DNA of 64,000 bases. Origin: Phoronis australis. Its lineage: Eukaryota > Animalia > Phoronida. The DNA lies in the NCBI GenBank assembly GCA_002633005.1, contig NMRA01000182.1, positions 9,077 to 73,076 on the forward strand. The letters are read 5' to 3'. Shown here in pieces: positions 28,201-40,400 of the stretch (position 1 is the first letter of the stretch; every line of letters begins with the position of its first letter). A program made the translations under genes and the position numbers. The notes beneath the pieces were generated by a model. The model was given only the letters and a program-made list of their open reading frames with translations. It was not told the origin of the DNA and ran no database searches.

Positions 28201-31200
28201 TCAATCTCCTCGTCATTGAACATGTACCATGTTCCGCTGGAACTATCCTTGATGTGCGCCACATAGTGGCCACTGTAAGCACTAGGGCCTCGGTGAAGCA
28301 GTACAGCATAAAGATCGTAAAGGATGGACTGGTCTAGAAAGGAATACATCTTGAGTTACTATGGTGGTTGGGATAGGCACAAGGGCCTCAGTTAGTTTCA
28401 AAAAAATGATTTTGTTGTAAGCAGAAAATATTTTAATGCGCAAAATAATTTTATAACTAAGGTACTATAATATTTTATGAAGTGAGTATACTCAGTGTCA
28501 ACAATACAAACAGCATGAGCTGTGAGAGCAGTGAAAATCAGAAGTCATATAAAAATTCCGATGGCACAGAACACAAGTCATCAGATGAAACAGGAAACAT
28601 CTGTCATGATTCAAAAACAAACTGTCACGAGTAGACATTATTAGCTCCGCCACAATGACCACAAACAGCGAGGCTTAGATAGCCCACAATTCACCTGGTT
28701 GGTCCAAATAAGTACTCATGTCCAGCACCACTGGGAATTGGATGAATGTGTTCAGTTTTTTCTTGTGCCCAGAATTTCTGCAACATAAAAAATTGACATT
28801 TTCAATTCCAACTATTTTTTCTAGCAAATTTACTCCAAATCTCTTCAAATCTGGGTAGCGTACAAGTTAAGACCAATGTTATAACTGATCTAAAGCAAAT
28901 GTTTTGGATAACAAAAATAACTGACAGCAGACAGACTGGTTTTTCATATTTCATTACTTTACATGCTACGACGCTATCCATGTTGACAATGAAGACATGA
29001 CANATTACGAAACTGGTCACAAATTGCTCCTAAGCTTGAAAAGAACTGACAGTTCATCCATGTTCCACAAAATGGCTTGTCATGGAGGGGTCAATTAAGC
29101 GACAAGCACGGTCTCTAATAATACTACCAGTTCTTTTCAAGCCTAGAATCCTTATTGTGTTAGTAAGAAATATTTTGAGACCAATTTTCAAAAAGTAAAA
29201 AATCTTAAAGAAAGGTCAGTTTCTTTGAAGGAATGTAGGCTAATTTGTCACAGACTTTAAATATCAGAATTTAACTTGTTTATAAACATAAATTTGGCCA
29301 TGAAAAAGTCAGACAGCATTAATTTCATAAATAAGGTGCTATAATATTTTATGAAGTGAGTATACTCAGTGTCAACAATACAAACAGCATGAGCTGTGAG
29401 AGCAGTGAAAATCAGAAGTAATAGAAAAATTCCGATGGCACAGAACACAAGACATCAGATGAAACAGGAAACATCTGTCATGATTCAAAAACAAACTGTT
29501 ACGAGTATACATTATTAGCTCCGCCACAATGACCACAAACAGCGAGGCTTAGATAGCCCACAATTCACCTGGTTGGTCCAAATATGTACTCATGTCCAGC
29601 ACCACTGGGAACTGGATGAATGTGTTCAGTTTTTTCTTGTGCCCAGAATTTCTGCAACATAAAAAATTGACATTTTCAATTCCAACTCTTTTTTCTATCA
29701 AATTTACTCCAAATCTCTTCAAATCTGGGTAGCGTACAAGTTAAGACCAATGTTATAACTGATCTAAAGCAAATGTTTTGGATAACAAAAATAACTGACA
29801 GCAGACAGACTGGTTTTTCATATTTCATTACTTTACATGCTACGACGCTATCCATGTTGACAATGAAGACATGACACAAACAATAAGTGGATGGCACTAA
29901 CCGTTCAAACACAAATCTCAACAGTTGTAGATTCAATACAGGGGGAAGTGAACACAGTCGGATCTTCCTGGTAGCATTTTGCTTACTATTGCACTGGTTA
30001 CAGAAATACTGGTTTTCACCCTCCAGCTTTTCTTCCTGTAAATTAACATTTTACGACGTTTAAATCACTGAAACATAAGCAAACATTTGGTATTCACATG
30101 ACTATCCTACATTCAACAGAATATCGACTTCATGTCTGCGCAAAACACCTCAAAGAATTAAATGTGCAACACATAGAACAATTTTAAAAACAAATACTTC
30201 AAAATTTCTAAAATATGGTAAAATCTCACAAATTTCAGACAAAATGTAAGTGCCAAAATTTGAATTTTCATTCAAACGGATTCTAACAAGGTTAATTTCT
30301 CAACTAATTGTTTGCTAGGAAGTATGTTGTAGTATTTATATATGATAAAGGCATATATTTAGGGGCATTTATCAATGAGAAAATTTTCAGTTGCCCGTCA
30401 TGTTGGGTCCAGAATCTGTAAGAATTTAGCATAGTCCTTCACCAAAAATTCACAGATAACTACATTGTCATTGACACTTTCAACAGGGTATTGCATGACA
30501 TGATCCCAACCTGACTCACAAATAGCATGACAGCTCTGGATTTGAGAGTGAGTCAGATGGCAAATGTGGGGAGTTAAATCTAACTCATCTGCAGAACCTG
30601 ATTGCCACCTGGTGACAGAATGTAGTCAAGTCACAGCCAGAATTGTTCAACATATCAGTGATGATGAAGATTTCAGACAGTAATGAATTTTACCAGTCAA
30701 AAGAACTTTTTAAGATGCCCTTTTCAAGAAGTTAAAAAGTGTGGATATGGTATTCTCCACAGCTATTAGCATTCTTTTTTCTAAAGTACAAGGTCAAATT
30801 TGACCCTAAAATATACTTACCTTCAAGAATTCTGCAATGCACTCACGCAGTTCTTTATGGCCCTTGATATTCAAATCAAGTTCATAAAACTTGGAGCCTC
30901 TCTTTGAACATGTATGACAGGCTCCACACCTAACATAAACAAAAACATGAATCAAATAATCTTTCTCAGTAAATCAGACCCACTGCACATTAAGAGGTAA
31001 ACTTTTTACACGATTAAGCCAAACGTAGACGTTTCGCTATTTAATTCATTGGTTTACTTCACAGCACTGAAGAAAAAAAAACAGTGCAGGTGGTCTGATG
31101 TCATTTGCGGTGCATCAGACATGCGCAGGCCTCATGGTTGGGCCCATTGCACAAAACACCTGAGCAAAAGCACGAGAGCCCTATTATGGCTCCTCATGAA

Positions 31201-34200
31201 GAAAGTTTTCAAGTCTGCCAGTCTCCTTTAGGAAAACAGACAGACATTTCCATTTGTTGCACAGCACTGAAGATGAATATACCAAAAAATACCAGTACCC
31301 TCTATTTTCAGAGTGACAAGCTCAGGTCACTATAAATTAGGCAAACATCACATGCTATTTATAAACACTAGGACTTGTCTACTAGCAAGAAAATAACATT
31401 TGATTTAAACCACCAACAGTTATTCAAGAAACAGTTTTAGTTTTAGTGCCTGTAAAGTTATGACACTTCGTTACTGCTAAAGAACCCAGCTTAACAAGCA
31501 GGCGTGTCATGGTTGATCAATTCATGCGCCGACCGTGGTCTCATGCAGTAACGAAATCGAAGTCCAGAAAGCACATCTCATCCGTGTACGGAACAAGTTG
31601 AGATCAGTTTTCCAGTCATAAGTAGTCTGAATCAAAAGTCTGTTTCTTTGACAGAGCGCAAGATTACAGCAACTTCAAATGAACAATTTGAAAAAGGTTG
31701 ACAGAAGACTAAAACTAACACACACACATATATGTCACTACCTTGTAACATAATCGTACTCGCCGCTGAAGTGATCCTGTATAACGCGGCTGACACGAGG
31801 GTCGGGGTCACGTGACAGTGTATCCTCAAGGAGCGAGATGAATAACTTGGAGAACTCTTGCGCATCCTGTTGTTGCCCGGCGTCAATTCCGAGACTGGAC
31901 ACCAACGGGGTGGGATCAACGTAGCTAAAAAGAACAGATAGTGCAGTCATGTGAAATCTCTTTTGATGCAGTCTCCTTCTTGGGCACACAGAGCAAGTAA
32001 GGATTACAATACACATTCAAAACAAAATTTAATGTAAATACTAACAAAAGACAAAACACTGACAATTAAATTCATAGTCGGCGATACTCAATTATTCAAA
32101 CAGTCAAATGCTATGCTTTGTTCCTAAAATATCTCTGAGCACAGACACAAATAAAGGATATGAATTTAATCGACATCAAAGTGTAGTTTCTCTCAAAGTG
32201 ATGTTATTGTCTAAAATTGAAACGACTACCCTGTCTTTAAATAAAACACTTTAAATCCATAACACCCCACTTGGGTACCAGTGAACATACTTTTAAGTCC
32301 TCTAAGGCAAACCTACCACGCCAAATTCCAAAGCAAATGAGATTTTTTACTTCCAATGTCTTAAGATTAATATTGTCCAAAAGTACGAAAATTTATAGTG
32401 ATTTCATACTGAAACACTCATTTCAAATGAAAAACATTATTTTTTTCTGAAATGTTTCAGCATCACATACATTTTTTATCAAACATTTGTCTTCATTCAA
32501 CAGACAATACAAACTGAAGCCACTATATGCATTGCATACTGATTAAACTATTTCCTCACCCCCTGTTGCTCTGTTGCAGAAGTGCAAATATCAGTTGTAG
32601 TCTCCCACATATGGACGAGGGCATGTGCAGACGCAGCTTCTCATTGGCTAGATCAGGCAGCCTCCTTCTGGCGGGCGACGAACTGCTAGTCACATCTAAA
32701 ACAGGATGACAAATCACATCGTCCATACAACTGTAGCTTTTGAGAGAACTAAAGCATTCTGTCATGTGACCTAATTTAAAATGGTGGTGTGCAACTCTGG
32801 CCAAGTTGACAGGGACAATATGCCATTTTGTTAACACACGGACATTTTGAGACACCGAGCACTTTTGTGTGAATCATTTGAGTATCCAACTGCAGAACAG
32901 TGACAATTTGACAAAAAGATGGCCGCAAAGAAGTTATGAAAAAAAAACTGCTCTCCTTACAATTTCAAATATAAGATGAACAAGACTTGAAACAATGACA
33001 AAAACAGAGTTGGTATTTTGTGAATGTTTTTTAATGCTTGTTTTGATGACTGCTTTGGTAGTACCACTATTGCCATGGAACATTGAGTTTCACACAATGG
33101 CAAGTGTCCAATGATTTTTCATTTTGCAACTGCCACAAAAATTGAGTACAAGCAACCTATAAGGCAACAAATGAAAAAATAATAAAAGTTGTTGCCACTT
33201 GGGGGGGGGCAAAATATAGAATCCACCTGGAAATGGGAATGATTTAAACAATAAAGAGTAATTTTTGGCTTAATATTCCACTTCCTTTTAATTTTATGTT
33301 ACTTTGAAGATGACCATTTGTAGTCAATTAAGGCAGGGTTCAATATAACTTTATAACGTACCAACACAAATTTTGTTCTGTTTAGCTTTTAAATCAAAGA
33401 CAATTGCCCAAAATAGGAGAATGGTTTTTAGAAAAAACAATAACAGCATTTTTGGTGAATTTTAACCACAACTCAAATTAATCGGACTAGCCTCCCTTAC
33501 ACTGTTCACTCGAAAAACAACTGGACACATCACATGATCGCGAGGTGGACGGAGCTGATTGGTCAAGAGATGATGAAGACTGATTGTCAGATGAGACAGT
33601 GCATTCAGATGCAGCACCGGTGGAACTGTCTGTGTCAGCACATGGCTGAAGAGTGTATACGGTGCCTGCCTGGCCAGTCTCACTTGTAGATGGGGTGACG
33701 GACTGACTGTGCCTCTCGCAGTCAACGTCAGTCCATGCATAGATGGCCGAGCGAAAGCAAGCATTGTGAAACCATACCTAAACAGATCAAGAGTAACACA
33801 AACCATTGAAATACATCCACATTAGAAATTAAATTATATGCAAATAAATAAATTGCAACAAACTTGCGCTGCAGTAGTTAGGCTTGTTGGAAAATCTACA
33901 CAAGTCAGCAAAATTTTATGATCCTCCAAGCGCTTCGTGGAAAGAAGTAGATGCCAGAGATAGATGCAATAACAATAAAAATGGTCAACACACACATAAA
34001 TCCTTCACCACGACAGTATTATGTAGACCAAGCTTCTCACAAGAAAATCAAGATCACATACGATCTCGCGAAATCACACACGTGAAAGGCGATTGTTTTG
34101 CGAGGAAAATAGTCGAAGTGATTGGTAAGTGAGGTTGAAATGTTGAATAGTGGTTGAATTCACCTTTTCCGTTCCATAAACGACAATTTTTGCCACAAAT

Positions 34201-37200
34201 ACACGGTAATTCATTGGGATCTACAAAACTCAGCCCTGCTATTAGGCTCCAGTTTCTGTAGCATGTGCGTATGAAAGTTTTTCAAGTCCCGCTAGACAGG
34301 ACACTCATCTATTACAAGTTACTTCCAGCCATGGTTGGTACTTGGTAATACAGCTGACCAATGCAGGTTCTCAAGGAAACAATCCCATGACTGCAGCAGC
34401 CAGGGATTCAAACCTCAACATTTTGGTTAGGAGTCCACCACACTAATCACCGAGTCACATTGGCACTGCAGGCACTAACATAGCCATCATTTATTTGCTA
34501 AAAAATGTTCCTACCTGCAGCAAACTATTAACATAGCAAGTAGCACCAAGATTCTTTAAACCGACAAAATTATTCTGAAAAAAAACAGAAGATTAGATTA
34601 AATAATATGTAACCTGGACTTCAATGATAAAAATTAAATGAGAACAGACCATCCACGGAACTATTGCATTAAAAGTAACATAGTACTTATCAAAAGTCTA
34701 TTTTTTCAAATATCTTGAATTATTAATCAAAATTTAAAAACTCTATAATATTTGAAGCCAAGTATTTTGAACACATATGATGATCACAGAAAAGTATTAC
34801 ATGCAAAAAAACTAGCCAGACTTGTGTAATTGAAGGACAGAGTCTTTTGTAGTAAAAAATTACAATTTTCAAATGAAGATCTCTGTCACTTCCAGAAAAG
34901 TACAAATTTTCACCAATACATTGTGAATTTTTCTTTTAATTAATCTTACAACCCATCTACTTGAAATTGTGAATTCTCTACCTGTCAAATACCTGTCTCA
35001 ATGCAGATTGTCACGATTTTAAAATGTAAAACAATGCATGGGAATGTCATACCTTGAAAGTTTCAGTCAACAATCCATCAACAAACAAAGTTTTAGAGCA
35101 TTTTAAGTGATTGCACCTTATGATCTATGTATCTTCAAACTTATTTGGTAATGGAAAATCTAGTTCTAAACAGAACTTGGCAGTGAAAAAATTAAAGCTG
35201 TTATAAACCATACAATCTCTCAATTTTTGTCACAGGCTAATAAGGGAATTCCAATGCAGCATCACTGCGTAATTATCGTTTATTTGAATTGAAATTGTCT
35301 AAAGGCAACTTTTCCATGTCATTTTTAGCAAAAATAAGATCCGTTGATTATCCCAGACATATTTTTAAGTTAATTGCAGCTTTATGTAACTTAAACAATT
35401 ACTCTACTCCGGAAGTGACGTTTTGGGAGGCAAGAATTTCGCACAAACTTCTTTTCATATAGTCTGACTGTGGGGTTCTCTCTGGGTTGTGATAAGTTTG
35501 GTCATCGTTTGCTTTTGTTTATAAGTCAGTCAACATGTCACACTGTTAGCCTACTGCGTAGCAGGATGTACTCATTATCGTCTCACGGACAGAGGAATAA
35601 CTGTCCCACTTGCCCGAGTGTCCCGCGAAACACTGGATAGTGACCTGAGCACACAAACTGCTTACATCCCGCCGTGTGACTCCCTCGCCACACACCTGGC
35701 ACCTTCTAAATAGCTCCAATACTTTAGACAAGTTTACAATAAACTTATCAAAGTTAAGCTCACCGACCTGTTCATTGAACGATGAACTGTCCTCTAGCCG
35801 GGTGTCGAACTGGGCCTGTATTCACTCTTACTACTCAACATCGTAGCAGGGCTGCTTACAGGCTCCGGGCGATAATGAGTAGATCGCGGTAGGCAGCAAC
35901 AGTTTGGCATATTGACTGACTCGTAAACAAAAGCAAACCACCACCGAACTTATCACAACCAAGGTAGATCAATTACTAACTCGACAGCTCTCACAGTCAG
36001 ACTATATAAAAAGAAACTGGCGTGAAATTCTTGCCTCCCACAACATCACTTCCGGAGTAGAGAACGAATAATTAATTAAAATATGAAAAGCTGTAATTAA
36101 GTGAAAAATATGTCTGGGATAATAAACGAATCTTATTTTTGCTAAAAATGACATGAAAAAAGTAAATGAACCTTTAATGAAACTTAAGGTATTCCCCCGA
36201 CGGCCACCGTGCAAATGTCAGTTTTTGTCAATCCTAGAAATTAAACATGTCTAATCTGAAAAAGAAACGAGATGAAATCACACTTAATCAAAAGTTGGTA
36301 ATTAAACACTGATCGTGCAGGATTGGTGAGCCTGTAAGAGCTGTAGGCCTAGATGTTTCACCCACCTTCTTCCTGCGCTCTTCCTCAGGGTCATCAATAT
36401 CATGCCACTTTGAGTCGTCAATCTCGCCCAACCACTCCCTCTCGCCAATACAGTTCAGGCAGTAGGGATTACCCCGACAATTTCTTCTGCAAAAGCGATG
36501 GCAATTGTAAAAAATATTTAGTGCACAATAAGCCCAAACATCAAAAAATCATTACGATAACTGCACACAAGTCCTGTAAAAATGCTTCCACACACAGACA
36601 CACTCTGTGGAAACACTGTACTTCTGAAGTCAACCAGGTGAATAAAAATAGTTGCATATTTCCTATTTCACAATCACTGAATTGAACGGTTTACACTGAG
36701 TTAGTGTTTTCATTGTAAAGTCACACACTGGAACAACTTTGTAAAGTCACGCATTAGAACAACTTCGACTGGATTAGCAACCAGCAAACTGTATTTAATT
36801 AAAAGTTGTAACTACACAAGAGATTTGTTAAATCGTTTAAAAAAAACACTAAATTATTCTTAAAATACTGAGAAGACAGCACAGCCAAGACATTAAGGCA
36901 TGGGCCCAATTGGCCGATAGCATGAAGCAGTTTCAAATAGTGACACAGCTATGTTCCTTAACTTTTCATGACATTTATTGATTTGTGATTACATAGATTG
37001 TCCTTTAATGTCGTTTTATCTTCACAACTAAGTCAGCTTTTAATTTTGACACACAATGAAAATACATCGAGCTCTCAATACTAATGAAAATAAACAGGGA
37101 CTTTTCACGAAACCATTGAATGTCACCAATTAAAAGACTAAGTTCCTATTTACTTTCATTAAAATAAGGGCTCACTTTTCATATTAATTATCAAAAAATA

Positions 37201-37514
37201 GTGGTAGTCAAAAAGGAGCTCACAATAAAAATTAGAAGGAAAATAAAACATTTGTGAGTAAACAAAGACATAAACAAGCAAAAGATTTAGGGAATTTATC
37301 AAGTCCCTATTTGGGACCAGACACATATCGCTACAAAGTCAAACGGAAAAAGAACCAGCACACTCCAGCTCAGGTCTTACCTGCACTGGCCCTGTTTGCA
37401 TGGCTTCAGGTGTAGTCTATAAGCTTGCTTCACGTCCCTCTCAGTAACATCGCGGGGGTCAGTGTGTTTGGCCCAGTCCCAAGCTTGGGCATCCAGCTCC
37501 TTCTTACTGGGCAT
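4290..37514 (-). CDS. USP48: Ubiquitin carboxyl-terminal hydrolase 48 (USP catalytic domain, DUSP repeats, C-terminal ubiquitin-like domain), 26 coding exons, about 1101 aa
   Basis: Exons in transcript order: 37381-37514, 36366-36486, 34515-34574, 33501-33777, 32560-32695, 31742-31924, 30821-30929, 29902-30035, 29569-29651, 28151-28333, 27364-27459, 26040-26134, 16216-16397, 14868-14916, 14133-14293, 13348-13442, 12790-12900, 11903-12027, 11482-11657, 10748-10861, 9599-9720, 8715-8878, 7964-8122, 7069-7194, 5501-5549, 4290-4351. All GT-AG and phase-consistent, 3306 nt in total. Motifs: N-terminus [25 protein letters not shown], Cys box [25 protein letters not shown], His box [41 protein letters not shown]-terminus [12 protein letters not shown]. 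These are collinear with vertebrate USP48. Confidence 0.97.
4559..4605. repeat. 13-nt tandem repeat (tggaagcagtgta), about 3.5 copies
   Basis: Perfect direct repeats in the last USP48 intron. Confidence 0.9.
6582..7061. mobile_element. MITE-like non-autonomous DNA transposon with short TIRs, inserted at a USP48 splice donor
   Basis: Begins CAAGGCTT (6582) and ends AAGCCTTG (7061); both sides are flanked by AACTTA (6576-6581 and 7062-7067). The interior is CpG-rich with repeated cgcggaaa subterminal motifs, unlike the surrounding intron. Confidence 0.65.
7251..7283. repeat. 13-nt tandem repeat (ccaaccaggaaaa), about 2.5 copies
   Basis: Seen directly. Confidence 0.75.
8199..8287. repeat. 19-nt minisatellite (atgtcacacaactccagtg), about 4.5 copies
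   Basis: Perfect direct repeats in USP48 intron 22. Confidence 0.92.
9888..10573. mobile_element. Decayed hAT-like MITE
   Basis: Left end CAGGGATGTCAAC; candidate right end GTTGGCAGCCCCG; subterminal aatccgta motifs near both ends. TIRs are imperfect and the right boundary is uncertain (alternative end at 10220). Confidence 0.4.
16655..17110 (+). mobile_element. Putative non-autonomous Helentron/HINE (DINE-1-like) element carrying a (ggaatgtca)n microsatellite
   Basis: Imperfect subterminal inverted repeats (gtagcataacacgaa near 16656; ttcgtttgtgttgagtgctac near 17066-17086), a 9-nt microsatellite, then the core atctctgagacgacagattggattcatatgaaa. A related core (atctcagaaatggcttatcggattcatatgaaac) recurs near 40269. 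Family assignment is inferred from architecture. Confidence 0.4.
16689..16732. repeat. 9-nt microsatellite (ggaatgtca), about 5 copies
   Basis: Seen directly; source of the spurious ECQECQ ORF. Confidence 0.92.
18461..18871. repeat. 68-nt minisatellite, 6 near-identical copies
   Basis: Unit ttcaattgaaacagtgtttagttggtattattcccagttaattatgtttgaaacaatacatggagtga starts at 18461, 18529 and onward, head-to-tail with no spacers. Confidence 0.95.
21163..21170 (+). promoter_or_regulatory. Candidate TATA box of the nested lectin gene
   Basis: cTATTTAAG after a short GC-rich stretch, about 65 nt upstream of an ATG in good Kozak context (aacaccATG). Confidence 0.45.
21231..23084 (+). CDS. Secreted C-type lectin (signal peptide, coiled-coil neck, single CTLD with EPN and WND motifs), two exons, 225 aa, nested in USP48 intron 12
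   Basis: Exon 21231-21792 (G|gtaagg) joins in phase with exon 22969-23084 (tgtttcag). Signal peptide [18 protein letters not shown]; [82 protein letters not shown]. All six canonical cysteines are present. Confidence 0.93.
22400..22790 (-). mobile_element. Degenerate 3' fragment of an RLE-type (HERO-like) non-LTR retrotransposon in the lectin intron
   Basis: Frameshifted translation [24 protein letters not shown] / [48 protein letters not shown] resembles the restriction-like endonuclease C-terminus (ELTVPWE..EAHERK..KY..PVEVGCRGF..LGI.G..AE.AS.WLW) of HERO-clade elements. Confidence 0.65.
28151..28333 (-). CDS. USP48: USP48 coding exon 10, catalytic His box
   Basis: Translates [46 protein letters not shown]. 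Confidence 0.97.
28457..29876. repeat. Direct duplication (about 28457-29002 and 29332-29876) containing USP48 exon 9 twice; probable haplotype overlap at a gap
   Basis: Near-identical copies; the first ends exactly at the n at 29003. Exon copies 28695-28777 and 29569-29651 differ only at two synonymous sites. Confidence 0.9.
34230..34464 (-). mobile_element. Decayed tRNA-derived SINE (V-domain-like body)
   Basis: The minus strand has A-box-like TGACTCGGTGATT and B-box-like GGTTTGAATCC, then tttccttgaga, gtaacttgtaatagatgagtgtcctgtctagcggg and catgctacagaaactgg, typical of widespread invertebrate SINE bodies. Confidence 0.55.
34515..34574 (-). CDS. USP48: USP48 coding exon 3, catalytic Cys box
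   Basis: Translates [20 protein letters not shown] between tttcag and gtagga splice sites. Confidence 0.97.
35299..36177 (-). mobile_element. Non-autonomous Kolobok-like DNA transposon with ~240-nt terminal inverted repeats and a transposase-like remnant
   Basis: 35300-35545 is the reverse complement of about 35900-36177 (e.g. catgtcatttttagcaaaaataagat / atcttatttttgctaaaaatgacatg; ctctactccggaagtga / tcacttccggagtagag). Ends are (C)TAAAGG...CCTTTAA. The internal minus-strand peptide [34 protein letters not shown] resembles the CxxC..CxxGH..W.S zinc motif of such transposases. Confidence 0.75.
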
Positions 37515-40400
37515 CCCTACACACGACCCTCCATTACTATAAAACAGGAAAAATATTCTGGAAGGGAAGTTAGGAACTGTGCAGCAACTGATAAGGACCT
37601 GCTGTCAGAAAAACAAAATTCAGAACTAATCTATTTGTACGAACTACAAAATCGGTCTTTTCTTTCCATTACCACAAAGAGCATGCAGAGCATTCATGAG
37701 CAAAAAATTCATAATTTATCCTAACTGGGCCTTCTAATATTGAGAGTTAGAATTGTCCTGGAAAACATGGTAGGGCGCAGAGATGATGCATTAACAACCA
37801 ATGATTGTTGATCGTTTGCTTCTTCACATAAAACTAAGAGCTGAATGGGAAGTCCAGTAATTATGGATGCGATTCATTGTGAATTGCCTTCATCATCTCC
37901 GTGAAGGTTAGAGCTTTGGGCTTTTGCACCGCCACATACAGAATTTCTTGTTTGAAAAGCTCATTTCCCATTTGGCGACCTGAGAATTTGCCAGGTTGTA
38001 TTTGGCGAGTTGACATTACGCTTAGCATCGAGTTCTGTGATACACTAGCAACGAGCACAGAGACATTTACAATACAGATGCTCATGATAGCTTTCATTGA
38101 CTGGGTGTTCATGCCTTCTAACAGACAGAAGTAAACTTAAACTTTTTACAGCACGTTTTCCTCCAGTATTCATGAATACACACACATCACTACTCCCTAG
38201 TGTCGACCAAGTGAAATACATTATCCAAGACATCTGTAGATCCAATTATCAGTTAGAAAATGGGCGTAATAGTCTGATGTAGCTGCCTTTGGTTTGAGAA
38301 ACAGTTGCTTCCAATGAACAAGCAATATTCACTACTTGCTCTATTACATCACTTCCAGACGTGACAGTTAGGTCCAGTAAATCTTCTCCTAGCCACTTGC
38401 CAAGCAGCAATTGCCCAATAGTTTAGATACTTGACTCGTACGCAGGGATCCCTGGTTGAAGTCTCAGTGTCAGCAGATTTTTCAACTAAATTGAATCCCA
38501 AGAAAACCATGATATGTGTATGATAGTTACAAATGGCAGACGGAGAGGGAGCTGAGATTTGTAGCTAAGAGGCGTGTTTGTTCTGCAGAAGGAGAAGGGG
38601 TGTTGTATTACGAGACTTCTGGGTGTGGCAGTCCAATAAAGTCTCCCAAGCCACTTGCCAAGTATCAATTACCTTTAAATCGAATGGTTTGGACAGCCAC
38701 AGCCTTGGTACAAAGCTGTATACTAAATGTACAGCTTTGCGCCCATGTGGGTAAAAAAATGACCAGATAAAATATGACACAAAATTATTGTCATTAAAAA
38801 CCCCATGCATAAATTATTTACCCGTTTTGGAAAATTGACGTTCTACTGTTATTCTGCTGCTAAATTTGAGGAGCGATCTTTTGAAATATGGCGTCAGCAG
38901 TTTCTTTTTTCACCAACTGTTGTTCTTTCACGAGGTTGCCAACACATCACAACAAATTACCAGAACTGGTTTCACTTCATCATGAGATTTTAGAATTTCA
39001 GAAGAAATTTTGCTGCTACGAAGCTATCATAATCTTCTGAGAGATGTCGCAAAAAATTATGAAATGGTGCGTGTGCGCATCACGAGCGTATTGTTTTTAA
39101 AACAACATAATTTTTCTTTGTTAAAAAGGCAGAGGATTACGCAAGAAAATGATGTTTATTAGATTGTTTATCACTTAAACGGCTGTGGGCAAGGTGAGTG
39201 TTGGTTGATTCCCAGATTTTGCATGGCACCCCGTCCAGTTTTTAGTTTTACATTACATGTTGAACAGTTGATACAAGTTTCATGGCAACATGACCAGCAG
39301 GACTACCCTGGCTGTGTGCAATTTCGAGCACTGTCAGCCCTTAACACACAGTGATACCTAGCTGTACTTTGACGATAGTCTTCACACAGCTAGCTGGCAA
39401 CTCTCAAGTGGGGAACCCGAAATACAGAACTGCTCAGAATTCTTGGCAATTTTTTATGAAAACGGCACACGAATTGTGTGCAAATCAGACCTTTTAATAG
39501 TAAGGTTTAAAGAGCGAAGGCAAACAGAATCAAGTTTAAAACGTATTTTTGGTAAAACTCTGAGTCTGACACTGATTGGCACTGTGCTGAGACTGAGTGA
39601 CACTGACAGGCACGGTCATTGACATTGGCAGTTGTCTTAGTCAGTAGAATCTTCCAAATGTGAACAGTTCGCAAGCCGCAAACTTCAAAGATGAAGAGAT
39701 TGCAGCCACAATGGAACAAACAACTAACAGACTCTGCGTATTATGTAACCAAGGCAGAAAAGTCAAGTTTTACCAGCAGTACAGCTTCTTGAATTACCGT
39801 AACTTCGCGCTCGGTCTGGCATATAATCACGAACCAAATGGTGTATTTGTAAACTAAACTTATTTTGATTTTTAAGCTTTTTTCACAATAAAACATAAGC
39901 ATAAATTTTTAAAAATATATTTAGTAACGATAAAATGTTGCCATTGATGATTCACTAAAAAAAGTAAAAAATACAATAAGTTGGTGCATGCTGCATAAAT
40001 GTTTTCATTGGATTCAAAATGGAGATTCACACAACACTTGAGCCAGGTTTGGATATTATTTAGTCACGATCGCAGCTTCTTATTTGAATTGTAATTCTTC
40101 ACGTTGAATTCAGGAATACACCAGGATACACGGAATTGGTTTCGTATCCTTATTATGAATTTCCTTTATTCTTTTAGACATTGCGTTGTTACGTAAGGAT
40201 ATTTGTAGGAGTTGTAGAAGGGCTAGAATAATGTCCCAATCAAAATTGGGCCAATTTTGGAACACTATATCTCAGAAATGGCTTATCGGATTCATATGAA
40301 ACTATCATGTATGGGCCTTCCGTGCCTTATGTAATGTTCTACAAAATCCTGTTAGCAATTGTTTTAAATAGCCAATAGGCAACACGTAGCCGCTGTGCTG

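Noticed and set aside
33462-33806. 114-aa minus-strand ORF
   Set aside because: An alternative frame of USP48 exon 4; the true frame reads [13 protein letters not shown].
37861-38282. Cluster of short ORFs upstream of the USP48 start
   Set aside because: No recognisable homology; overlapping ORFs on both strands are consistent with chance.
38406-38480. tRNA-like sequence
   Set aside because: A and B boxes are degenerate and there is no complete cloverleaf; at most a decayed SINE head.
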